Assembly: GCF_009834535.1 (NCBI RefSeq)
Contig: NC_045698.1
Coordinates: 14,944,001 to 15,008,000 of the forward strand
DNA: 64,000 nt
Direction: 5' to 3'
Source of the DNA: Camelus ferus
Taxonomy: Eukaryota
Position 1 is the first letter of the stretch; each line of letters starts with the position of its first letter. Shown here piece by piece: positions 52,085-63,746 of the stretch. The notes under the pieces were generated by a model. It was not told the origin of the DNA and made no database searches. It saw nothing but the letters and a program-made list of their open reading frames with translations. The position numbers and the translations under genes are program-made.

Positions 52085-52780
52085 ATACTTTTCTTATAAG
52101 TTTGTGTAAGTTTGAAATTATTTCTCAAGTAAAAACTTGTAATTACTTTTCATAAATTGTTCAATGACTGTATGAATGGATGTTCAACCACTTTAATAAT
52201 CAGAAAAAATTTGAGATATTATTTATGATTATCATTTTAACAATTTCTATTATAGAGTTTATTGTGAGCCCAGGAAAAAATTTAAAGTGTGACTATTATT
52301 TGAATCAACCATTCTACTTTTAATAATACATTCCAAGAATTAATCACACATGTGTGCAAGGATATAGGCACAGAAATTTCCAAGCGTCTTCCTTGCTTTG
52401 TAACATATAATATAAAAAACAACCCAAGTATGCATCAAGCAAGAATTGATCAAATGGAATATGACAAGTGAAGGTCTAGAGTACTATAAATTTAGTCATG
52501 AAAGTCACAGTATTAACAAGCAAGAGAAGTTGATGAAAAATGAAATGAAAGTCGCCAGTTGAATAAATAGATAAAGCATATTGTTGCAAAAAATATACAT
52601 TTATATATATATATGTAAATGTTTGTTGAGTAAGTTTTGGAAAAATATATCCTGACCTCTTAAAATTGTTAGCTATATATAGACAGAATTTGGAGTCATG
52701 ACTTTTTACTTTATAACTGTTTATTTGTGATTGTCATTTGTTATATTTCAAATTTAAAAAAAACTACAATGCAATAAAAA
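52085..52780 (+). mobile_element. Degenerate L1ME-like 3' fragments
   Basis: GATGTTCAACCACTTTAATAATCAGAAAAA; ACACATGTGTGCAAGGATATA; AACAACCCAAGTATGCATCAA. Confidence 0.5.
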
Positions 52781-53747
52781 TTGCATATAGCATATATTAT
52801 TCATGTGTTTTATATATATATATATTCAACAAGCAAAGCTATAGAGCCATTTGTATGAAGCTATACATTTTAAATGTTACTTATAGCCCATTAAATATGT
52901 AAATATTATTATATTTTAAAGAATCTAAGTTACATTTGAGTATTTTTTTTCAGGTTACTTACCTGAGAATTATCTTGCAGCAGAAATCAATAAAAATATG
53001 ATTAAAATCAAATCTATCAGTAAATTGAAAATGACCCAAGAATTCATTAGTAGAGTCTGCATATGTGTTTACCATATGCAGAAAATGCAATTCTATGTTT
53101 TAAATTTAGCTAACATAATATAATAATAAAATAGGCACTAAAAAATGTAGAAACCCATACTAGTTACTATTGATATAATTATGTGGAGATTAAAAAGTGA
53201 GTAATATAAAATTGATGTTCATATGAATCACCTTGTACAATTGATACGACTTTTTATAAAATGCCAAAACACACACACACACAAGCACTACATACAGTCT
53301 AACAGAAATGAACTTGACAAATAAGTGAGACAGTAAATGATTTAGAGTTGGCAATGAATTATAAAATCCAGTAGAATTTCAATTTGCGTAGCAGTTTTAA
53401 TGAAATCGCTCCCAAAATGCATTAGGAAATAAGAATTAACCTAGTTACACATTTTTATTAGGAAAAAGCAAGCATACAAACTTGATTAGTGACAAATGAG
53501 AACAAAAAGGAAAGAATCTGTTCTTTTGTAATGAATTGATTTTTAGTCATTTTCCTCAGCCTTCCGTGACTGAAAAGTTTCGGATTCCACATTCCTCCCG
53601 TACATTTTCCTATTTCTAATTGTTAATCTGTAATTTTTCCTTTGGTACTATCCTTACAGTTTTACTTTTTATTGTTTTTTATCCGTTAACTTTTATTTTT
53701 CCACATTCAGTCTTCATACCCTATTTAACTTTGGTTGCTACTTTATC

Positions 53748-53806
53748 TTCCCCATGTTGTTTCATTTAGTTTTGTTTCCCCATGTTGTTTCATTTAGTTT
53801 TGTTTC
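53748..53806. repeat. Perfect 28-bp tandem duplication
   Basis: TTCCCCATGTTGTTTCATTTAGTTTTGT occurs at 53748-53775 and 53776-53803, followed by TTC. Confidence 0.95.
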
Positions 53807-53819
53807 ACCCACAATTTAG

Positions 53820-54005
53820 ACCTGCTCTGTTCAACATGATAACCATGAGCCACAGGTGATTACATTTAAGTTTAAAGGAAATAATTACCCACATTTCAAA
53901 TCTTAATTGCCACATGTGGCTTCTGGCTACTGTATAAAACAGTCTAGATTTACAGAACAATTCCATCATTGGAGAAAATTCTTCTCACCAGTTCAACAGT
54001 ACTGG
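53820..54005. mobile_element. MER3-like hAT-Charlie MITE
   Basis: CTGCTCTGTTCAACATG...GCCACAGGTG...CCACATTTCAAAT...GCCACATGTGGCT...GGCTACTGTAT...TACAGAACAATTCCATCATT. Confidence 0.75.
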
Positions 54006-55399
54006 TGTTTAACTTTACTGGCATTCTCTTAGCTAAACTTATTTTTATACCTTTCCTTAAGAACCTGTCATGGTTACCTATTGCTTTGCATTTTAATAGT
54101 GGGAGACAATATATGATAAAAAAAAAAAAAGAGTAAAAACTTGGGAAAAGAAAATATTAACTGATTTTATTTTGAATATGTAAATTAGAGGTGATGAGAT
54201 TTTATTTTTAAATGCAGTGTGATTTACTTGAAATATGCTACGTAATGTGCTAGGATTTCTTTTGTTCCTTTTCCATTTGCCACATTCCAGTCCATTTAAA
54301 ACCTTCAAAATGGCTGATTCAGGCATACCAAAATAAATATAATCTTATTATTAAACTTTCAGTTGTTTCCAGGTTTGAATTAAAGCAGATTCTCTGATCT
54401 TACAAATGTAGATATTTGGGCATTTGCTCATTTATTTAAAATACAATATTAAAAATTAAATGATAGAGCAAAGGTCTAAACGCATTCAAGTCTCTAGAGA
54501 AATACCAGGAATCTAATATTCAGAGCTTTCTGTCAGTTTAATCAACAGCAGTATATAGTGATTTTTCATCATAGTCTTCAAAAAGTTATTTGAGAATTTA
54601 ACTGGTAGAAATCATATGTTTTATTTACTTGACTTTTAGTTGAATATATTCGCATCTGTTTTAGACCTTTGGATATCCTTTTTTGCTTACTATAAAGTGA
54701 TAAACATACATAGTAGTTATTCTTATTTTGGGAAAATGAGGAAATAATTCAGTTAGGCAACTGAGTTACACAGAGATGTTCACCTATAATTAAAATCCTG
54801 TAATTGTGTAGCATTTTCTTCTTTACACTTATGTGGATTAGAAGGAAGGAAGCTGTTGTCCAAAAATACCTTCCCTGACATCTTGTTATCACTTCCTGTA
54901 TTCACTATGAAAGTGACAAAATTAAAAGCTAATAAAATGGAAGGAATTCCATATTAATCATTATCAATTAGAAACATATCTGAAGGAATTAATTTATTGC
55001 TTCCACAGGAGCAGTTAGATGAAAAAAGGTTTGATTAGAAACAGAGAGGTAGGTGCAAAACACAGGCACTGGTTTTAGCATTCTAAAGTATAATCATGCG
55101 ACAGGTCAGCCAGGGGACAGAAAAATGCAATAATCCTAAAAAAATAAATTTACTTACTTCTTGGCATTTGACATGTTATGGTTGAGACATTTACACTATA
55201 AAATCTACAAAACAGGCACAAAAATGTTTTAAATAATTCTGAATACATTTATAAGTAGAGAATAAGTATCAGGATAATTCATTAATATAAATAAATTAAA
55301 AGTTGGCCTGTGTCTAAAGTTATCATTTTTTTATTCTCAGTAAAATTGTGGATAGCAATTTATACATTACAGGGTATTTCATATATATAATCTGTTTTA

Positions 55400-55555
55400 A
55401 TGTGCCTAAATTACTGAGTAGAGCATAATTATTTCTCTACTTTTTAGATTCTGATGCAAAGGCTCAGTAAACTGTGCAACAGAGTCAAGGGATCAGAAAA
55501 TTAGTAAACAACAGAACAATATTTCAAATAAAGTTCCTTTGACTCCAATACCATA
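55400..55555 (-). mobile_element. MIR SINE fragment
   Basis: TTATTTCTCTACTTTTTAGAT...AAGGCTCAG...GTCAAGG...TTAGTAAAC...TTTGACTCCAA. Confidence 0.55.
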
Positions 55556-55659
55556 CCGTGCCCTCACGTGGCACAGAAGGACGCCCTAGACACAGGAGGG
55601 TATGGGACCACCCAAGAACTGAGAGAACCTCTGACCTAGAAAGAAGCACAGCAATAACT

Positions 55660-56360
55660 CAAAATATCCTGTAACATGTTTTTCAGCTGCTTCTTTTTTA
55701 CCAAATACTGATTTTCTTCTGATTATCTCTTCTTTCTCCATTTCCACTATCACTGTGTTAATTCAGAACCATTTGGTTACACTTTGTTTGTGGGAGTTGA
55801 ATGTCTTCCCAGTCTCACACCTATGGTCTTACCCCTAGCTCATGCATAACCTAGTTCCTTGCAGTCACCAAAATTATCTCTCTAGAGCAAAAATCTGATC
55901 ATTCCCTTCACTTATAAAATTTAGAGTTTGTACCATGCTGCCATGCCCAGTGTCAGTGCATCACTGTATGACTACATTTTCTCAAACCCTATTGATTATT
56001 GTTACCTGAAAATCATGTGTCATTTGTACCTTTGTCCCATGACTCACTAGTCTCTGGATCTCCTTTCTCACATCCTTTTACCTGGTAAAGTCACTACAGG
56101 CATTGCACATTTTATTTACTATTTTCAATAACTTAAAGGAAATATTAGGAGAAGATACATAAACACAGGAACGTTTAGCTTCACTAACACCAATGTTTGC
56201 TGCTTCCTGTCTGGTCAAGTGTTCCATTATCGGTGGAATATAAGCAACAGGAGGGCCAGATATTTTTTTGTTTTGTTAGTTTTGTTTTGTTTACTGTATT
56301 CCAGCACCTAGAATGATATCTGCCATATAGCCCACACAGGAATATATCTATGACCAAAGA
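55660..56360 (+). mobile_element. L2 fragments
   Basis: TCTTCTTTCTCCATTTCCACTATCACTG; CAGTCACCAAAATTATCTCTCTAGAGCAAAAATCTGATCAT; TTACTGTATTCCAGCACCTAGAATGATATCTGCCATATAG. Confidence 0.6.
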
Positions 56361-56980
56361 AATAAAAAATTAAAAAATAGCAAAAAAATCCTCTCAAACT
56401 AACAAATGAAAATCTTCTCATGGAATGATGACATGAATGACAAAAGGCAGATGACTGAGTAAGAGGAAAAATGACTGCATAATGCAATGGCTGGTTTATG
56501 GGAGGTACTTAATAAGTATTTATAGAGTTACTTTTATATAGAAATTCTTATCCTTAAAGGTTCCATTAGAGGTTCCCTCTTCACTATTGGCTCTAACATT
56601 CCTCTAGGTAAAAAGTTACTCTTTGCAACTTTTTCTATTTTTAACTTATTCCATTATTACATATTATAAATGATATTCCATGTATCTTTAAAAATACATA
56701 TTGTTCAAGAGCTGTCTAGAGACTTAAAAGTAACCTAGAATTCATGGCATCCTAAAAAAAATAAGCAAATGCCTAAATACCATGGATTTGTATTGTCAGT
56801 GGACCTTCCTTTTTTTCAAAATAGGAATCACCTTTCAGTGTAAAAATAAGATATTTATCATGTGTAATAACATGATGAAGTTCTTATGTATCAAATTCAC
56901 AGTATTTTATGAGGATAGTCAATGACTTAAGAAACTACTTATGCCATAATATTAAGTAAAAGCTTTCACACAGTATTAAT

Positions 56981-56984
<4 letters not shown>

Positions 56985-57010
<26 letters not shown>
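56985..57010. repeat. (TG)13 microsatellite
   Basis: Perfect TG run. Confidence 0.95.
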
Positions 57011-57011
<1 letters not shown>

Positions 57012-57294
57012 TGATCTGAACTATAACAAAAGCACTGAATAAAGGACTTAAGGGAGATACACAAATTGCTGGCATGATATGTTTTCTTTCTTCAGTTCAT
57101 TTATGCTATTCCACACTTTTCAAATATTTCTATAATGAACATGTGTTTCTTTCATCCAAAAACCAAAACAAAAGCCAGAGCGGGTTTTAACTCAAAATTA
57201 TATGGATGAAGTAAAAGAAGGCAAATATTATAACATTTAAAACTCAGAATTTGCAGTGATATAAATTTGTGTCCAATAATATAAACATATCTTC

Positions 57295-57450
57295 TGTTGA
57301 TTGCCAAATCCTAGCACTATGACCTTGATAAAGATGCCTAAGGCTCTTTAACCCCTTCATAATTCTGGATTTATAATTATATTTACTATATTGAGTCATT
57401 GCATTGGTTAAATAAGAAAATTCATGCACCTAACATACTACTTGGAAAAA
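57295..57450 (+). mobile_element. MIR SINE fragment
   Basis: CAAATCCTAGCACTATGACCTTGATAAAG...GGTTAAATAAGAAAATTCATG...CCTAACATA. Confidence 0.5.
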
Positions 57451-58652
57451 AATAATGATTTTATAGATATTAGCTAATTGCAACATTACAGTCCATCTCT
57501 TTTATGTAGTTTCATAATCAAATGGTCATTGTGTATAAATTTAGCTCTCCTATAATGTTTTGTGTATCACTGGTACTCAACACATATTAATAATAAATAT
57601 AAATCTTTTAAAAGCACAACTGGCCCTGGAAAAGTTCAATTGATTTATACTCATAATTTCTAAAGGGCAATCAGAGCAAGTCAGAAATTTCAGCTGGCAT
57701 TTGACATTACCAGATCAATTATATCTCTAAAGCTACTTTTACATTGATTATAAACACTTAAATAAGTGCTCATTTGTAGATCAAATATTTACTTGACTTA
57801 TGATTGAGTTTTAGATTTAATGAACATACTAGAAGGACAATGCCACCAGAAGCAAATTTCTATACTTGAGATTCCAGAAATTCCTCTTTTATAAGGAGAC
57901 CATCAAGGGACTTGGGCTGATGGGCTTTGGAAATACTCTATCTGTTTCCTCTTATTTCCAAAACTTAAAGTTCAGAAGATAAGTATGGCCACTTCAGTTT
58001 CAAATAGATGAGAGTTCATAGGATAAGACTGGAATTTGGTGGCAGAACAGGGTGTTACTGTGACTTTCTAGAACTTTTTTTAATCCCCTTGTGTGCCTGC
58101 ATGTTATTTGAATAGTGCATCTAATCAGTCCCAGAATAATTTTCACTATTTGAGAATCATTACTGAAAGCTCCTTTTATCCTATTCCAAATGAAATCTTG
58201 TTAAATATTTTGGGAGTACAAAGAAAGAGTACAGTCCCAGAAATAATGCAATCGCCAGTTTTGTTTTTGGGGGAATTAGGGGGGCAGTGACAGTGTTGTA
58301 AGAAATATGCAAGACTTAGGAGATTATCTGATTTTCTTTCAATGAATAAATCTCATGAGTATTTGAGAATCCACACCTTCAAAAGTCAGTTTCTATTGTT
58401 ATCCCCCAATAGAATTTGGAAAAATATGTCCATCACTCCTAGACTCAGTATAGTACATTGTAACCAGTCAAACAATTTTTTCTTACACCTTTAAAATCTA
58501 ACATGTGGTCATCTCTTACATTGTCACTCCTTGGATTTCTGAAATATAACAGTAATAATAATAACAAAACTTATTTGTATACCTCTCTGTACCTGGCTTA
58601 TTGCTACTTTCTCTGAGCCTTGCTTAAAATAAACCCATAAAGTATATACTAC

Positions 58653-59739
58653 TGTTATTCAGATTTGCTAGGTTATGTACAATTTTCCATTACGCTCAAG
58701 ATCTTAGTAGCCTGCAGAAAGAAGAGTGAGTTTTATATTTTGCTCATGCTATGTACTCTCTCTGGTTGGCTGTGGCTCTATTTATCACAGCTTCTTAACT
58801 CTGAGATTCAGGCTTAAAGGTCAACTTCCATCATCTGAGACATGCTGTCCTTGTACAAGAGTTGAATAGTGTTACTGCTCTATTAGGTGTACGAATCCTG
58901 CTTGGTGCCCTAGCCCAGCAGGAGATCCACGCTCCAAGGGGACGGGATCTTTTTCCGTTCAGTTTGAGCATCCAGTAAAGAAACCTAAGCTGAGATTGAC
59001 ACAGGGCAAGCTTTATTCAGTGGCCAAAGAACAGAGAAGCGGGAACTAAGTTCACAGATCAACTTCTAACCCACCTAGTGAGAAGGGTTTAATTTAGAGT
59101 AAAGCCTGTAAGAGGAGGAGTGAGGCTAATGACTGGGAGGCATATGCATTAGTTTACTGAGGAAGGGGAAGGGCTTTTTTGAAGGAGTGGGATGCCACCT
59201 CCTTTTTATCCTTTTTTGGTCCTTAATGTCTGGTCATGGCCCCTGGTAGGTGTGTCATCTAACATGCTAATGGAGCAAAATCAATGTATAATAAGACTCG
59301 GTCTTATGGAGGTCAGCTTTGTAACTGTTTTGTTCCCAACTGGTTCCATCTGTTTTTTTGTTTGTTTGTTTGTTTGTTTGTTTGTTTGTAGCTTCCTTTT
59401 TTATATCTAGACTCTTTAACTTAAAGATTTATGTTAGCTCTTGTTAAAGGTAGGGGTTGGCAGGTTTTGAGCAAAGACTTGGAGCAGCTGTGGCAACAGT
59501 AGGTGAAGGCAGAGCTTCATGATGTTTCGTGAAGCTTCAGCTGTGGAGAGGGGTACGCAACTCCATTCACACTTCATTGGTCAAAGGCAAGTCACATGAT
59601 TATGTCTGATGTCAGTGGTGTAGTGGTGAGTATTCCTCCCATGGGGAGGGGCATTGCAAGCACTGTGACCCCAGGAGGTGCCATATGAGCCTCTTGTGAA
59701 AAGGGAAAACAATGTGAAATAATAATACGATTGACCACA
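58653..59739 (-). mobile_element. MLT1K-like MaLR LTR, split by an ERV1-like LTR
   Basis: TGTTATTCAG...GCTAGGTTATG...TTGCTCATGCTATGT...GGCTGTGGCTCT, resuming as CTTCATTGGTCAAAGGCAAGTCACATG...GACCACA. Confidence 0.75.
58870..59498 (-). mobile_element. ERV1-like solo LTR (629 bp)
   Basis: Termini TGTT...AACA; 4-bp flanks ATAG (58866-69) and GTAG (59499-502); minus-strand AATAAA at 59012-17; internal (GTTT)n near 59351-59388. Confidence 0.85.
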
Positions 59740-60788
59740 GGCACTTTTTCTATTTTACTAAAGAAAAGATAAATAACTTCATCAATGTCACATAGCTAGT
59801 CACAGACATAGCTAGAGTTCATCTCAAGCAATGTGGTTCCAAAGTCTATTTTATTATGTCTTACACTATTTTGTGTTATGACATTACCTTATTCAAATGC
59901 ACATAATCATATATCCCAGAGACAAGATCCTAATTACTCCCTGCATTTGCATTTAACTAATGAGCAAACAGAGAGGATCTTGCTTTCTGCTGGTTCAGAT
60001 TTCCTAAGTGATTCACAATGAATGTTCACGTATGAGAAGCAGAGTGTGGCCAGGCAGATCTGTGAGAGAGTCAGTATCTGCATTTCAAATTACAAGTATT
60101 TTATACTTCTGGAAGTATCATTCCAAAAATCAAATTGCAACAACTTCACGCTCCAGGAGCAAGTGATAGAGTCTTATTTGGTCCTTTGAAGAAGCTTGTC
60201 ATATAATGAGCTTAAATAGAATGGACTGGCAATTCCTGCAGCATAATACACCTGTAGTTGCTATGTTTTCATCAGCCTATTGCTTCATATCAGCAGGCTG
60301 TCTTGAAATAACCTGCTACTTAACAGAGAATATTAAATATATGCATTAATGTCCTAGCTGTGGCTTTTATCAGAAGGTAATGAAGTGTCATGTGTTTTAA
60401 AATATAGTGTTCCATTTTATAATGTAATAATCTGTCTTTAATGATAATCACATGATAGACCATTTATTGGACGCCTGAAAACAGAATGAAAATAAGTCTT
60501 AACAGTTAGCCCACTGAGAAAGCACCATTATTCTAGAGAAAACCTATATGTTATATATCAATAGGAAAATCAAACAATAAAATGGTACATGCTTTAACAT
60601 CCTTTAAGTGGTTTTTAACTTGAGAATTCTGGAAAAAATGATTATTTAGTTATTTCAATAATGAAGTTAAGATCACGTTTTATTAGGAAGGAAAAACTTC
60701 TGAGGTCTACAGAGTAATAATAGCAAAATATTGATGAAATTAAGTAAAATGAAATTGTTTTTTGGAAAACAATGTGATGTAAAGCGTG

Positions 60789-63171
60789 TATAGTAGACTG
60801 AATAAAGCTCCTCACAGATATCAGGTCCTAATGCCTGGAACCTGTAAATCTCAATTTATTTAGGAAAAAAATGATCTTTTTTTACATATGTGTTTAAGTT
60901 AAGGATACATCTTGGGTCCTAAATGCTTTCACATTTATCTTTATAAGAGGGAGGCAGAAGGAGATTTGAAATAAACCAGGTATTGTGATGTCAGAGACTG
61001 GAGAAATGTAACATGAGCCAAGGAAGGCTGACAGCCACTAGAAGCTGGACGAGGCAAGTGACAGAATTTTTTCCTGGAGCTTCTGCAGGGAGTGAAGCCC
61101 TACCAGCACTTTGATTTTGGTCCAGTGACACCATTTCTGGATTTCAGGTCTCTAGAACTACGATACAATAAATTTATGTTCTTTGAAGTCACCAACAGAA
61201 ACAACCCATCAACAGAAACAACCCACAACCCACCGAAAGTTAAACAACCCACAGAAAGTTAATATAGATGAGGTACAGGGATATGTGATATTGTGTAATA
61301 AAGGCCTGACAATGCAGAAAGGGCTTTGGAATCTAATAATGTGTAGGGGCTGGAAGAATTTTGTGGCACGTGATAGAAAATGCCTAGATATACATAAACA
61401 GACTGTTGGTTGAAATGTGGGTTAAAAGCAAGGGTTCAGAAGGAAAAAAAAGGAACATATCATTGGAAACGGAGGGAAAGGCAAACCTTGCTATTTAGTG
61501 ACAAAAACTTAGCTGAATCATGTTCTACAGTTGTTTGGAGAAGCAGAACTTATAAGCAAGGAACTGGGTGTTTACTTGAGGATATTTCCAAGCAAAGCAT
61601 TAAAGACGTAGGTCTGATTTTAGCAAAATGGAAGCAGACAGATATAAATTAAGGGGAAAAAAACTTAAGCAAAAGAGAACCAGCGCTTGACAATTTTGGA
61701 AATTCTAAGCCTGTTCCGATGGAAAAATATGATAGAATTGGGAGAGTAACTGTTAGGAAAGCATACTTTGGCGGCAAGGCCAATGTTGTGTCTGGACAAC
61801 CTTTTACTTGTGCTGAGGAGACTACATAAATGGCTCATGGATTCACTCAACCAGTAGACCCCTGGAATAGAGATGGGATTATCCAAAAAAAAAATCTGTG
61901 GAGAATTCTTTGTCTAAAGATGTGAATCTGTGGGATCCCTGTGACTTGCATGGGCAGCCCACAAAGGTTTTTGAGAATGCTGTACTGCCATTAATACTGC
62001 AGGCTTGGACTGAAATGGATAGACATGAGATAAAATGAAGAAAGGTCTTTGAACTACAAAAACTCTACAGACAGAAAATAGGATGATAAAACTACTGAGA
62101 AGCAAACGTATGTTCCCCCTCAACTAAAAGGGAAGATGATTCTGAGGACAGAAACTTGGGCCCAGAGGCCATAGCACTGGGCTCAGAAGAAGAGATGTCA
62201 GCCACAAGCCCAGCAACAGAAGCTGGAGCTGTGTTGCAGATGTCAGTCTTGAACACAGAGGATTATTCCCAGGCCTTAAAACAATGGAACCTGCCCTGCT
62301 TGATCTCAAAAGTACTTGGAATGTGTGAATCCTTTCTTCCTTCCATTTTCTCCCTCTTAGAATGGAGATGTCTATAAATATTAGATTATATCTATCTCAT
62401 AATTATTTTCCAGCACCAGATAGCTTTCCTAGCTTCACAGGTACAGAGATGGAGAAAAAAATTGGCTCAGAATGGATCATATGAAAGATCTCATACACTC
62501 TTAATTTAAATGATTTAGATGATGAGATTTGGAATTTTGGAACTGATGGTATTTAGATGACATCTTGGATGTGTGTCAGTGCTTTAATGTGTTGTGACTT
62601 TGGGGCTCTTGGCAGGGGGACTGAATATATTTTGCATGCCTTATAGACATGAATCGTTGAAAGCCAGAGAGAAGACTATAGTAAGCTGAATTATGTCCCC
62701 CAAAGATATCAAAACCTAATCCCTTAAGCATATACCCATAAGGTAAGTGTTACTTTATTTGGGAAAAATAAAAGACTTCTGCAAGGCTTTTGCAGAACTG
62801 ATTGAAATTAACATGTTGGGATGAGGAGATTTTCCAGATTATCTGGGTGATCCCTAAATGTAATTACATGTATTCATATAAGAAGGAGAGAGTTTAGACA
62901 CGTCACAAAAAAGGCAACATGACTATGGAGGCAAAGATTGTAGTGATGCGGTACAGACCAAGGAATGCTGGCAGTATCTCCTGGAAAAGGCAAGAGACAG
63001 ATTCTACCTTGAGCCTCAGAGAAAAGGTCACCCTACCAACACAACTTGATTTTAGCCCAGTGATACTGATGTCAAACTTCTGGCCTCCTAAACTGTGAAA
63101 GAAAAAATATTTATTGTTTAAGCTACCAAGTTTGCTGCAATTTGTTACAGCAGTCATAAGAAACTCATACA
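60789..63171 (+). mobile_element. Complete-architecture MaLR provirus, MLT1C-like: 5' LTR 60789-61266, internal 61267-62676, 3' LTR 62677-63171
   Basis: Both LTRs start TATAGTA..CTGAAT and share GATATC...CCTAAT, TTGATTTT.G.CCAGTGA and AGAACT/AAACTGTGA. The 3' LTR ends TTTGTTACAGCAGTCATAAGAAACTCATACA. A purine tract precedes the 3' LTR. The 5-bp flanks GCGTG / ACATG are compatible with a decayed TSD. Confidence 0.9.
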
Positions 63172-63554
63172 ACATGTAAGATGCTGTCTCCTGTCTAAAC
63201 TGTATTAACACTTGTTAATAAACATAAGATATATAAATTATCCAAATTTAATCTAATGGTAAAATATCTGTTTTATAATTATTTGTACCTATTTCATTAA
63301 TAAAATCAAATGCTTATCTGAACAAAATGTTTCATATTAGAAGTTAGGCTTTATTGTCAAATTTTAAAGAAGCAAAAAAAGAAAAAAATAGAGTAGGTAA
63401 AGAATATGAATGCACGCAATTGTATAGTTTGGTGCATAATGCATCTGTTTACAGCAGTTCCAGTTTCATTTCAAGTCTGTTTTACCCTGTTTACCTCAGA
63501 ACAGTTGTGAGGACCTAACGACTGAGCAAATATATATTAATGGCTTCAGTTCTA

Positions 63555-63746
63555 AGGCATATAAATACAGAATGGTGATTATTGATTTTTGACTCTATTG
63601 TTACCTCATTAGAATCTGGAGGACTATTCTGGAACCTGCACATCTGCATCTCTCACCAGATCTTCCTTGCTTTTCCAGTCCTCTGGATTTCACTGAGAAT
63701 TGTCCTGTTTTCACATACTTTTCAAATTGAACACAACTGCAAATAT
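63555..63746 (-). repeat. Right arm of a 192-bp inverted duplication
   Basis: The minus strand reads ATATTTGCAGTTGTGTTCAATTTGAAAAGTATGTGAAAACAGG...CATTCTGTATTTATATGCCT, matching 51141-51332. Confidence 0.97.

Larger units (their letters stand above)
58550..59855 (-). mobile_element. MIR split into two halves (58550-58652 and 59740-59855) by an MLT1K-like LTR
   Basis: Left half AATAATAATAACAAAACTTATT...AACCCATAAAGTA. Right half CTATTTTAC...AAATAACTTCATCAATGTCACATAGCTAGT...GTGGTTCCAAAGTC. Confidence 0.6.

Noticed and set aside
61190..61266. CRISPR-like repeat-spacer array
   Set aside because: The units are short, irregular and overlapping, with no unique spacers, and they sit within a mammalian LTR.
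51141..63746. A 12.6-kb DNA transposon or Polinton with 192-bp terminal inverted repeats
   Set aside because: There is no TSD and no transposase, integrase or polymerase remnant. The interior is ordinary old genomic DNA (MIR, L2, MaLR) much older than the ~5% arm divergence.
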